Source of the DNA: Octopus sinensis
Lineage: Eukaryota
Direction of reading: 5' to 3'
Assembly: GCF_006345805.1 (NCBI RefSeq)
Contig: NC_043001.1
Coordinates: 52,948,001 to 53,012,000, forward strand
DNA length: 64,000 nucleotides
Notes under the pieces: model-generated
Database searches by the model: none
Seen by the model: the letters and a program-made list of their open reading frames with translations, nothing else
What the model was told of the DNA's origin: nothing
Position numbers and translations under genes: made by a program
Shown: positions 42,143 to 53,788 of the stretch, piece after piece
Layout of the letters: the number at the start of each line of letters is the position of its first letter
Position numbering within the stretch: the stretch's first letter is position 1

Positions 42143-43113
42143 ATATAGAGGGCATTATACATACATGCCAGACGGCATTATACATACATGCCAAACGCTA
42201 AGAGGGACAATCAGTCATTTCTACCAAAAATATTACTAATCCCACCGAATGCAATTTTTCAAAGTAAGACATTTAAAAATATAGACCTGTATCACAGTGA
42301 TTTCATACTTACGTAATCATCAGCAGGCCTGAATGTATTATAAATAAACAACGACCCTGCCCCGCTTAAGCCGATCAGCTAACTGATCAACATCAACGAA
42401 GCACATGGGTGAGTTTACATATATTACATCCGGGTAAATGGCAACTTTTACGAATTGCATTTCGGGAGAGGAAAAGTTTTTTCGGAATAAAAATTAGCAA
42501 TTAAGGACAACTACTTAATAAGGAAAACTTAACAAGAAATTGTCAGGTAGATAGCGTAAAAACCTCATAAGAGAAAAAATTTCGAAAATAATTATTTCTT
42601 ATTGAACATATTAATTTATATATAGAGGGCATTATACATACATGCCAGACGGCATTATACATACATGCCAAACGCTAAGGGGACAATCAGTCATTTCTAC
42701 CAAAAATATTACTAATCCCACCGAATGCAATTTTTCAAAGTAAGACATTTAAAAATATAGACCTGTATCACAGTGATTTCATACTTACGTAATCATCAGC
42801 AGCCTGAATGTATTATAAATAAACAACGACCCTGCCCCGCTTAAGCCGATCAGCTAACTGATCAACATCAACGAAGCACATGGGTGAGTTTACATATATT
42901 ACATCCGGGTAAATGGCAAACTTTTACGAATTGCATTTCGGGAGAGGAAAAGTTTTTTCGGAATAAAAATTTAGCAATTAAGGACAACTACTTAATAAGG
43001 AAAACTTAACAAGAAATTGTCAGGTAGATAGCGTAAAAACCTCATAAGAGAAAAAATTTCGAAAATAATTATTTCTTATTGAACATATTAATTTATATAT
43101 AGAGGGCATTATA
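42136..43113 (-). repeat. Tandem 477-bp repeat (2 units + 24 bp), one HHR per unit
   Basis: aatttatatatagagggcattata at 42136, 42613 and 43090; flanked by (TA)n. Confidence 0.92.
42284..42329 (-). ncRNA. Type I hammerhead ribozyme
   Basis: ggcctg-CTGATGA-ttacgtaagtat-GAAAT-cactgtg-ATA-caggtc. Stem I 6 bp, short stem II (tac/gta), quasi-palindromic stem III, AUA site. Second copy at 42760-42804. Confidence 0.8.
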
Positions 43114-43122
43114 TATATATAT

Positions 43123-43900
43123 AAATCAGAAATATTAAATTTCTAAATGTCTCAAAGAGACATGAGCGGTAGTAGAGCGTGAGAGTGGTTGTATACCGTC
43201 AACTTAACGTGACAGTCCCGTATGGGAATTACCTCACCGCTGTTTAGCCCTAGGAAGCATCGAACGCTTCCTGTCGGCTTTGACACATTTTTCCCTGTGT
43301 CCTTACGTTTGTGAAGGGGAGGTAAGCACCCCCACCAGAAACAGATTCACACCTGAGGACATGCATGTTTCTGGGTCTTCACACGGCATCAGCCCAGGAT
43401 AGTGAGATCTACTGATTGAGGAACCTGCCCAGCCTTCTCAAACATATATATTTACAGTGAAATCTATTCACTGATCACCGTAATCAGAAATATTAAATTT
43501 CTAAATGTCTCAAAGAGATATGAGCGGTGGTGGAGCGCTCGACAGGAAGCGTTCGATGCTTCCTAGGGATAAATAGCGGTGGTGCAATTCCCATACGGGA
43601 CTGTTCCGTTAAGTTGACGGTATACAACCACTCTCACGCTGGTTGTGTAGGCTGGACAGGCTCCTCAATCAGCGGATCTCACTATCCTGGGCTGATGACA
43701 TGTTAAGACCTAGAAACATGCATGTCCTCAGGTGTGAATCTTGGCTGGTGGGAGTGCTTACCTCCACTTCACAAACATAAGGACACAGGGAAACAATGTG
43801 TCAAAGCCGACAGGAAGCTTTCGATGCTTCCTAGGGCTAAACAGCGGTGTGTAATTCCCATACGGCACTGTCACGTTAAGATGACGGTATACAACCACTC
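43123..43900. mobile_element. Rearranged inverted/tandem element with a ~268-bp unit carrying an HHR
   Basis: A 55-bp leader is repeated at 43123 and 43482. Minus-oriented unit ~43174-43437; plus-oriented ~1.3 units 43540-43900 (gacaggaagc at 43541 and 43809). Confidence 0.85.
43686..43732 (+). ncRNA. Type I hammerhead ribozyme motif
   Basis: cctggg-CTGATGA-catgttaagaccta-GAAAC-atgcat-GTC-ctcagg. Palindromic stem III acatgcatgt; stem II is weak. The mirror copy at 43352-43398 has CTGATGC. Confidence 0.7.
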
Positions 43901-43908
43901 ACTCTCTC

Positions 43909-43964
<56 letters not shown>

Positions 43965-44018
43965 CATACATATATATATATATATTTATATATGTATATA
44001 TATACACATATATATATG

Positions 44019-44068
<50 letters not shown>

Positions 44069-44096
44069 ATATATATTATATATATATATATATATA

Positions 44097-45100
44097 AGTT
44101 ATCGCCATACTAATATGGCATTCTTATAAAAATAAGAATAAAGCTGACCGCTTATTAGCTCCATGAGGCCATCGCCTTAGTTAGCTATTTGATACACAAA
44201 CTCTATCCATATAACCTTTGAACAAGGGAGGTCAGTCGCTCCACACTACTTGGCCGGCAGCTACAGACGCGTTTCGGGGTATTGCCCCTTTTCAATGCAG
44301 CGTAGCCAAACAGTAGGTGTCGCTTCTGACAATCTCTGTTCAAAGGTTTTATTTACCTAGCTTCGGTGGAATACATCCACTTGTTTTCAATAATAGAAAT
44401 ATTAAAATTACTAAGTCTCTCTAAAAGAGAACAACGGCAGCGTTCCCGGAAAATATTAGTTATCGCCATACTAATATGGCATTCTTATAAAAATAAGAAT
44501 AAAGCTGACCGCTTATTAGCTCCATGAGGCCATCGCCTTAAGTTAGCTATTTGATACACAAACTGTATCCATATAACCTTTGAACAAGGGAGGTCAGTCG
44601 CTCCACACTACTTGGCCGGCAGCTACAGACGCGTTTCGGGGTATTGCCCCTTTTCAATGCAGCGTAGCCAAACCAGTAGGTGTCGCTTCTGACAATCTCT
44701 ATTCAAAGTTTTTATTTACCTAGCTTCGGTAAATTTATTTAGATTCAGATGAATATGGTACTTAAGTTGAGGCACCAATATTATGGATACAATTTCAAAA
44801 TAAGGTGATTACAATCTGGTTTGGCTACGCTGCATTGAAAAGGGGCAATACCCCGAAACGCGTCTGTAGCTGCCGGCCAAGTAGTGTGGAGCGACTGACC
44901 TCCCTTGTTCAAAGGTTATATGGATACAGTTTGTGTATCAAATAGCTAACTTAAGGCGATGGCCTCATGGAGCTAATAAGCGGTCAGCTTTATTCTTATT
45001 TTTATAAGAATGCCATATTAGTATGGCGATAACTAATATTTTCCGGGAACGCTGCCGTTGTTCTCTTTTAGAGAGACTTAGTAATTTTATATTTCTATTA
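44097..45100. mobile_element. Element with a 361-bp unit: ~1.75 tandem copies plus an inverted copy, three HHRs
   Basis: agttatcgccatactaatatggc at 44097 and 44458; inverted arm 44816-45100; flanked by (TA)n. Confidence 0.9.
44829..44870 (+). ncRNA. Minimal type I hammerhead ribozyme, U3-A8 core variant
   Basis: gctgca-TTGAAAA-gggg caata cccc-GAAAC-gc-GTC-tgtagc. Identical minus-strand copies at 44260-44301 and 44622-44663. Confidence 0.8.
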
Positions 45101-45127
45101 TATATATATATATATAATATATATATA

Positions 45128-45177
<50 letters not shown>

Positions 45178-45193
45178 CTTTATACATACATAC

Positions 45194-45650
45194 AAATTTA
45201 TTTAGATTCAGATGAATATGGTACTTAAGTTGAGGCACCAATATTATGCATACAATTTCAAAATAAGGTGATTACAATCAAAATAAGCAACAATGATAGC
45301 CAGAGATAATGCAGTACGATCGTTTTACGGAACTCAATTTAATTGAACAGTGCAACCATTACATCAATATAAATGCAGACCAATCCTCAGCTGCACAAAG
45401 GCATAGAATATAATTAAATTAAAACAGATGTACATTAGTATAATTTTACCTAAAATCTCCAAGAGGTTAAGGAGATCGACAAAGAACAGGCTACCTTCAC
45501 CACCACTTAGAAGCTACTAAGGTATCAGGAAGAAAGACTTGTTACAGATTTTACTTCTGACTGTTTTGTGGGGTCAGTTTTAATTTATAGACTAGTTTTA
45601 TCAAATCCTTGCATCTCTGTGGCCGAGAGAACAGGGTTCAGTGTCTCTTA
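45194..45650 (-). mobile_element. Third copy of the 11291/14640 HHR-bearing repeat (HHR 45310-45395, GAAAC changed to AAAAC)
   Basis: ttcagatgaatatggtacttaagttgaggc ... tgcagtacgatcgttt ... tcctcagctgcac, homologous to both arms. Confidence 0.8.
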
Positions 45651-45930
45651 GGGTTAGGGCTGAGGGAGTCGACAGAAATCATAGTGGTAATGGTGATAAA
45701 AAATCAAGATTTAATCGAAGCAAAATCATGAGATTTGGTAAAGGAAAACTTAAATCAAGATGTTAGCTGAAAATTAAAGGCCCTGGCCACTAGCCGACCA
45801 TTGATAATGAAACAGGGGAAATCTTATCATGTAGTACTTTAGTTAAATATTTTATGCAATACTGCTATAATGTATAAAGTTAAAGTTTAGGTTTATTAAG
45901 AAGAATAATTATAGGAAAAGGATAAAATGC

Positions 45931-47468
45931 TTAATGAATACTTTTGAGTATATACCAAACTTTTACCACAATTGAAGGAGGAAAAGAAATTATAGAGAAA
46001 TAGTTTAATATTTATACATATAAACTTAAATACTAACTTATCAAATGATATCAGTGAATATTGATCAATTGGTATATACTGGTATTCAATAAAGGAGTAC
46101 TGAGGTAAAATAACATGCTAACTATATATTAATTAACTTATAATCTAAAGTTTATTCTAAGTAGAGAATTTACCAGTATTGTTATATATAAGCTAACTAT
46201 GAATTTATAGAGGTACAAAAATTAGCTTTGATTTATAAATAAATAAATGCTATCGTAAATAATAAAGAAATAAAATAATCAGGTGGGGCAGAACACCATA
46301 GAATAGGAATAAAATAGCTTAATCACTAAAAACATGATAAAGTATAGCTAGCCTATTAAGCACAATAGAGAAGATTTATAGAAATGCATAATAATTCGAA
46401 ATATACTAAATCAAAAATGATATATTTACTTATTTAGCTAGTATTAATAAAGACTGATGCCTAGTATTAGCTAAGGGGACATTTATGTTATGCGAAATTC
46501 TAATTTTACACTAATTTTTTAAAAGTAGGTGTTATATTATAGGTTTACGAATCTATTGTTAGTCCATGCATGAATTTTGTAGTTTCTTTGGGGTATTTAA
46601 TTAGAATGGCTGCTTATATTATGGCCCTTATAAATACTGAGATCAGGAGTGTAGAGTACATTAAGAAAGGGGTAAATTCGGTAATTTCTAAAGATCATTT
46701 CAAACAATATTGCCATATTGTTTAAATTTAGGGTAGTCAAGAAGATTATTAAGAATGAAACTATAACAAAACTGTACTTCAATGAATACTGTTGAGTATA
46801 TACCAAATTTTACCACAATAGGGGGAGAAAAGAAAATAACATACAATTAGTTTAATATTTATATTATTATTTATCTAAATATTAATATATTAGATGATAT
46901 CTATGGAGATTGATCAATTGGAATTTATCTGGCATTTAATAAAGGAGCACTGAGGCTAAAGAACATGTTAACTATATACTAATTTAATTAAATTGAATTA
47001 TTTTAATTTGTGGAGATACCGGTATTGTTTTATATAAGCTAAGTATGATTTAATAGGGATTCAAAGATTATATTTATTAAAGGCTATCATAAAATAATAA
47101 AGTGATCATATATGTTAGTGCATCATAGAAAATTAATAAAGATAGCCTAGTCACTAAAACCATTTCAAAGTATATATACCTAATTAACTTCAATAGAGAA
47201 GATATATATAACATTTATAACAATTTAAGTATTTTGAACTAAAAATTGTTTATTAAATTATTTAGCTTATTACAATCAAGACTGATACCAGGTATTGGTT
47301 AAAAGTATATTTTATTTAAAAGAATATTCTAATTATATACTAATTTTAAATGAAGAGGTATAATAAAGGTTTTAGATGTTATTGGTGTTGATCCGTACAT
47401 GATATTATTGTTACTTAGGGGTACTTAATTAGAAGGGCTGCTTCTATAAAGGCCAATATAAATACTAA
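45931..47468. repeat. Diverged ~850-bp tandem duplication, very AT-rich
   Basis: aatgaatact.ttgagtatataccaaa at ~45933 and ~46781; gggta.ttaattagaa.ggctgctt at ~46591 and ~47419; collinear blocks in between. Confidence 0.8.
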
Positions 47469-48400
47469 TGCTGCTTCTTTTAATTTTCGTATTTTCCAGT
47501 GGTGTTATCTGTCTGTTATTTTAACTTCATCCCACAGGGGGAGAAGATCTTTATTTTTCCATACATGATCAGCTATATCCGATTTAACAAAATCTACTCT
47601 CGTCACAGCTTTGCGATAATCCTCTACTTTTATTTTGAGGAGGCGGCATTTTCGCCTTTGTATAACCTACCACAGCTGCACGGGATGGAATACACGCAGT
47701 CTTTGGTCATATTCTCTTCTGTTGGTGGTTTTACTCGGCGATATTTGCGAAGTGTTGTATTACTCTTGAATACTGTCCTGATGTCATATGGGCTACATAT
47801 CTATTGTATCTTTTCGGAGAGGCCTTTCACATAGAGTAGACAGACTGTAGACAGTCTTTGGGCCTCATTCTCTCTCATCTTCATAATTGGAGTGGATAGT
47901 GTATTTTTGGGGTAGTTGTTGCTTAACAGATCGTTATTAAGCTTGATCATTTCTTCGTGGAGAGTATCAGGATCGATACTTATATTCTTTGCGGAATGTT
48001 TTAAGCAATGAGCCATCCCTCTCTTTACACTGTATGGATGGTGTGAATTGAAGTTGTGGTATCGGCCACTAAAGGTCGGCTTGTGGTATAGGGATGTCCT
48101 GAATCCATACTTGGTGCGTGTTATTAATACGTCCAGGAATGCCAGTTGATTGTATGTTTCCTTTTCCATTGTGAACTGTATGTATGGCTTTATTGAATTC
48201 ACGTGATCTAACATCACTTGGCCATCTTCTTGGTGGGGCCAGTGTACATATCGTAGCCATAGTGTTGGTTTTAGTAGTGTTGATTCTAAAACCAAATTCT
48301 CAAAGTACTCCATATATATATTGGAAATTACTGGTGATAACGCCGAACCCATTGCTAAACCCTCCTCTGGTCGATATATACCAGAGGCCATACTGAAGTA
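47468..48400 (-). mobile_element. Penelope-like element (RT C-terminal half and GIY-YIG endonuclease), truncated and degenerate
   Basis: ORF 47801-48529: GLAMGSALSPVISNIYMEYFE, WLRYV (DD deleted), LAFLDVLI, YHKPTFSGRYHNFNSHHP. It continues past a stop into CVYSIPCSCGRLYKGE ... IADHVW ... LWDEVKI ... RKLKEAA. Confidence 0.92.
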
Positions 48401-48404
48401 GGGA

Positions 48405-48560
48405 GTGTGGGATGAAGTTAAAATAATACCCAGAGAACACCAGTGGAAAATAAGAAAAAGAAAAGAAGCAAAACATATTCTAAGACACAACAACCTCCTA
48501 AGCAGACTGAGTGCAGATATGCGCAGCATATGGGAACCGGTATTAAGGAAGGGTAGAATA
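48405..48560 (+). mobile_element. Inverted copy of the Penelope ORF C-terminus
   Basis: WDEVKIIPREHQWKIRKRKEAKHILRHNNLLSRLSADMRSIWEPVLRK; reverse complement of 47468-47536 and extending further. Confidence 0.85.
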
Positions 48561-48632
48561 CGGGCATATGGCTTAGTGGTTAAAAGCGCGGGCTACTAAC
48601 CCCAAGATTCCGAGTTAGATTTCAAGCAGTGA
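48561..48632 (+). mobile_element. tRNA-like SINE head followed by (TAA)n
   Basis: gggcatatggcttagtggttaaaagcgcgggctactaaccccaagattccgagttagatttc (A box and degenerate B box). Confidence 0.6.
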
Positions 48633-48643
48633 TAATAATAATA

Positions 48644-48694
<51 letters not shown>

Positions 48695-48710
48695 TGATGA
48701 TGATAATAAC

Positions 48711-48774
<64 letters not shown>

Positions 48775-48788
48775 TGATGATGATGATG

Positions 48789-48842
<54 letters not shown>
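48632..48842. repeat. (TAA)n/(TGA)n microsatellite
   Basis: Direct inspection. Confidence 0.95.
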
Positions 48843-48844
<2 letters not shown>

Positions 48845-48960
48845 GTTCGAGCAGTCCTGAAGTCTGAGCTGAATGCATATAATAGGGTTTTAGCCATAAA
48901 TTCCTTAGCAGTACCAGTTGTTCTTTATAGCTTCAATGTGCTTAACTGGAATAATAGTGA
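48843..48960 (+). mobile_element. Short R4/Dong-like LINE fragment starting at a (TAA)n tract
   Basis: KVRAVLKSELNAYNRVLAINSLAVPVVLYSFNVLNWNNSE, homologous to ~13030-13130 (RVRSILKT...INTLAVPVISYSYNILNW). Confidence 0.8.
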
Positions 48961-49647
48961 ATAATAGTGAATGTAAATAATGTAAATAATGTAAATACGT
49001 AATGTAATATAAATTATACAATAATTTACCTTACTCTGGAAAAGTAAGTAAGAAATAAAGGATATGCAATGAAATTATAGTTAAGTAAATGCTGTTTATA
49101 TATATTACGTAAGAATAAGTTTGAATGATTCACTTGAATGGAAAATGATATATATAAGTTATTATGCATTTGTTAGAAGTAAATTTTAGAAATAACTATA
49201 TTTAGGCAAGATAATATATAATTATATAATGTATAAAATTATATATACAAATTAATTATATAATTAAAGATAGAAATTCTGGTTCTAATAAGGATCTAAT
49301 TAATTTGGTTTCCAATATAACAAATTATTAATTGCTAATATTGAACATAACAATAAGTGAGGTTAATAATTGCAAAATGATTAATGATGCTTTTAAAATA
49401 GATATTTAGGACTGTGTTAGCATGGGGAGAGATTTTCAACCCTCACGTTTAATAACATTTTTCCAGAAAAAGAATATTATCGCGTTCCGATGTGCAGAGT
49501 TGACAATGTCATTTTGAGTTTTACAACTTATAATATATTTGTATTGTTATTTTTAACAATTTGAACATCTTTATATCATAAAAATGAACTATTCATACAC
49601 CCATCTTTCTCCGTTTCCTGTATTTCTTTCAATACTAATAATATATA

Positions 49648-49810
49648 GGACGGTTAGCTGCCAGAATCGGGCGGAAAGCTTAGCGGTATTTTGTCTGCCG
49701 TTACGGTCCGAGTTCAAATTCCGCCGAGGTCGACTTTGCCTTTCATCCTTTTGGGGTCACTTAAATAAGTACCAGTTACGCACTGAGGTCGATGTAATCA
49801 GTGTAATTCC
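49648..49810 (+). mobile_element. SINE family B, partial
   Basis: cttagcggtattttgtctgccgttacggtccgagttcaaattccgccgaggtcgactttgcctttcatcc. Confidence 0.8.
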
Positions 49811-52800
49811 TTCGTCTGTACATACAAAAACATGTACGTGTACGTGTGTATATGTACGTGCATGTATGTATATATATATGTGTGTAGGTATGTATATGTA
49901 GGTATGATTTTATGTACAGGTGTACGCGTGCATGTGGGCATATGTGTATTTATAAGCATATGGATACGTATATATGCGTATGTATGTTTATATGCACAAA
50001 TGTCTGTATGTAGGCATATGCGTTTACATATGCGGGCAGATGTTCAGGTGTGTTTATGTGGACTGAAGTACAATTATATATGTGGTTTTGTGTGTACATA
50101 GTTATGTATACGTTTATGTGAAAGTGGGTATATTTATGTATGTATGAATATGTGTACTTGCGTGTGTATATGTATGTGTATATGTATGTGTATACATATA
50201 TACACATATATATATATATGTATATATGCGCCTGTAGAGAGAGATACGTACATAAGTATGAGTGGATGATAAGGAAATGAGCGAGAGAACAAATGTGTTT
50301 GTGTATGTGTATGTGTGTGCGTGTGAGTGTGTGTGTGAGTGTTTGCGTTCGTATCCGTGGGAAAAGAGATGGAAAGGAAGGGAGAGGAGCGGTAAATGGA
50401 TTTCTTTTAGGCCGGCTAGCACCCTGGGGAGGCTCTTCTCCAGCGCCACTAAATGTGTGTCGGCGAGTAGGTAGGTCATATATTACACCTTCTATGACTC
50501 TGAAGAGGTCAAGATAAAAATAAAAATAAAAATAAAATAAGGGAGGAAATGTGCGTGTATGTGTGTGCATGTATACATATATATGTGTATATATGTATAT
50601 ATATATATATATATAATATATATATATATATATTAACAATTAAGGAACGGCCATAATAGGCCATTCACCCACTAGAAATAACAGCCAAAGCTTCTACCGC
50701 AAATAAAGATCAATTCCGTAAACAGGAGAAAATTAAAAAAACATTTACCCTGTAATTTCTTGTACGGTATACCGTTCATCCGTTGTTTAATGGTAAACCA
50801 ACCTAATTAAATTAAATCAAGCCAATCTTCCATAAGCCCTCGGATTCATCAGCAAGAAATAGCTCTCGGGACAGATAATTACACGAGGCATATCCCATCT
50901 TGCCAAGTCAATATCTGACCTAAAATTTTCAAATCGTCGCACTCGCGCCAAATTTATCGGCAGCAAATAAATATCAGCCGTCGATTCCATTACGGAATTA
51001 ACCAAAAAATTCATAATTAATCAATATAGGGTGGCAAGGAAAATTTTGTAGAATTTTATTGCCACCAGCGGCCCAGCGGGAAAAAAATTAAATAGTCATA
51101 GACCATTTTTAAGTTCAACATTAACAATTAAGGAACGGCCATAATAGGCCATTCACCCACTAGAAATAACAGCCAAGCTTCTACCGCAAATAAAGATCAA
51201 TTCCGTAAACAGGAGAAAATTAAAAAAACATTTACCCTGTAATTTCTTGTACGGTATACCGTTTCATCCGTTGTTTAATGGTAAACCAACCTAATTAAAT
51301 TAAATCAAGCCAATCTTCCATAAGCCCTCGGATTCATCAGCAAGAAATAGCTCTCGGGACAGATAATACACGAGGCATATCCCATCTTGCCAAGTCAATA
51401 TCTGACCTAAAATTTTCAAATCGTCGCACTCGCGCCAAATTTATCGGCAGCAAATAAATATCAGCCGTCGATTCCATTACGGAATAACCAAAAAATTCAT
51501 AATTAATCAATATAGGGTGGCAAGAAAATTTTGTAGAATTTTATTGCCACCAGCGGCCCAGCGGGAAAAAAATTAAATAGTCATAGACCATTTTTAAGTT
51601 CAACATTAACAATTAAGGAACGGCCATAATAGGCCATTCACCCACTAGAAATAACAGCCAAAGCTTCTACCGCAAATAAAGATCAATTCCGTAAACAGGA
51701 GAAAATTAAAAAAAACATTTACCCTGTAATTTCTTGTACGGTATACCGTTTCATCCGTTGTTTAATGGTAAACCAACCTAATTAAATTAAATCAGCCAAT
51801 CTTCCATAAGCCCTCGGATTCATCAGCAAGAAATAGCTCTCGGGACAGATAATTACACGAGGCATATCCCATCTTGCCAAGTCAATATCTGACCTAAAAT
51901 TTTCAAATCGTCGCACTCGCGCCAAATTTATCGGCAGCAAATAAATATCAGCCGTCGATTCCATTACGGAATTAACCAAAAAATTCATAATTAATCAATA
52001 TAGGGTGGCAAGGAAAATTTTGTAGAATTTTATTGCCACCAGCGGCCCAGCGGGAAAAAAATTAAATAGTCATAGACCATTTTTAAGTTCAACATTAACA
52101 ATTAAGGAACGGCCATAATAGGCCATTCACCCACTAGAAATAACAGCCAAAGCTTCTACCGCAAATAAAGATCAATTCCGTAAACAGGAGAAAATTAAAA
52201 AAAACATTTACCCTGTAATTTCTTGTACGGTATACCGTTTCATCCGTTGTTTAATGGTAAACCAACCTAATTAAATTAAATCAAGCCAATCTTCCATAAG
52301 CCCTCGGATTCATCAGCAAGAAATAGCTCTCGGGACAGATAATTACACGAGGCATATCCCATCTTGCCAAGTCAATATCTGACCTAAAATTTTCAAATCG
52401 TCGCACTCGCGCCAAATTTATCGGCAGCAAATAAATATCAGCCGTCGATTCCATTACGGAATTAACCAAAAAATTCATAATTAATCAATATAGGGTGGCA
52501 AGGAAAATTTTGTAGAATTTTATTGCCACCAGCGGCCAGCGGGAAAAAAATTAAATAGTCATAGACCATTTTTAAGTTCAACATTAACAATTAAGGAACG
52601 GCCATAATAGGCCATTCACCCACTAGAAATAACAGCCAAAGCTTCTACCGCAAATAAAGATCAATTCCGTAAACAGAGAAAATTAAAAAAACATTTACCC
52701 TGTAATTTCTTGTACGGTATACCGTTTCATCCGTGTTTAATGGTAAACCAACCTAATTAAATTAAATCAAGCCAATCTTCCATAAGCCCTCGGATTCATC

Positions 52801-53681
52801 AGCAAGAAATAGCTCTCGGGACAGATAATTACACGAGGCATATCCCATCTTGCCAAGTCAATATCTGACCTAAAATTTTCAAATCGTCGCACTCGCGCCA
52901 AATTTATCGGCAGCAAATAAATATCAGCCGTCGATTCCATTACGGAATTAACCAAAAAATTCATAATTAATCAATATAGGGTGGCAAGGAAAATTTTGTA
53001 GAATTTTATTGCCACCAGCGGCCCAGCGGGAAAAAAATTAAATAGTCATAGACCATTTTTAAGTTCAACATTAACAATTAAGGAACGGCCATAATAGGCC
53101 ATTCACCCACTAGAAATAACAGCCAAAGCTTCTACCGCAAATAAGATCAATTCCGTAAACAGGAGAAAATTAAAAAAAACATTTACCCTGTAATTTCTTG
53201 TACGGTATACCGTTTCATCCGTTGTTTAATGGTAAACCAACCTAATTAAATTAAATCAAGCCAATCTTCCATAAGCCCTCGGATTCATCAGCAAGAAATA
53301 GCTCTCGGGACAGATAATTACACGAGGCATATCCCATCTTGCCAAGTCAATATCTGACCTAAAATTTTCAAATCGTCGCACTCGCGCCAAATTTATCGGC
53401 AGCAAATAAATATCAGCCGTCGATTCCATTACGGAATTAACCAAAAAATTCATAATTAATCAATATAGGGTGGCAAGGAAAATTTTGTAGAATTTTATTG
53501 CCACCAGCGGCCCAGCGGGAAAAAAATTAAATAGTCATAGACCATTTTTAAGTTCAACATTAACAATTAAGGAACGGCCATAATAGGCCATTCACCCACT
53601 AGAAATAACAGCCAAAGCTTCTACCGCAAATAAAGATCAATTCCGTAAACAGGAGAAAATTAAAAAAACATTTACCCTGTA

Positions 53682-53788
53682 ATTTCTTGTACGGTATACC
53701 GTTTCATCCGTTGTTTAATGGTAAACCAACCTAATTAAATTAAATCAAGCCAATCTTCCATAAGCCCTCGGATTCATCAGCAAGAAAT
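53682..53788 (-). ncRNA. Type I hammerhead ribozyme (last of 7 minus-strand copies in the array)
   Basis: Exact reverse complement of 54171-54277. Confidence 0.9.
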
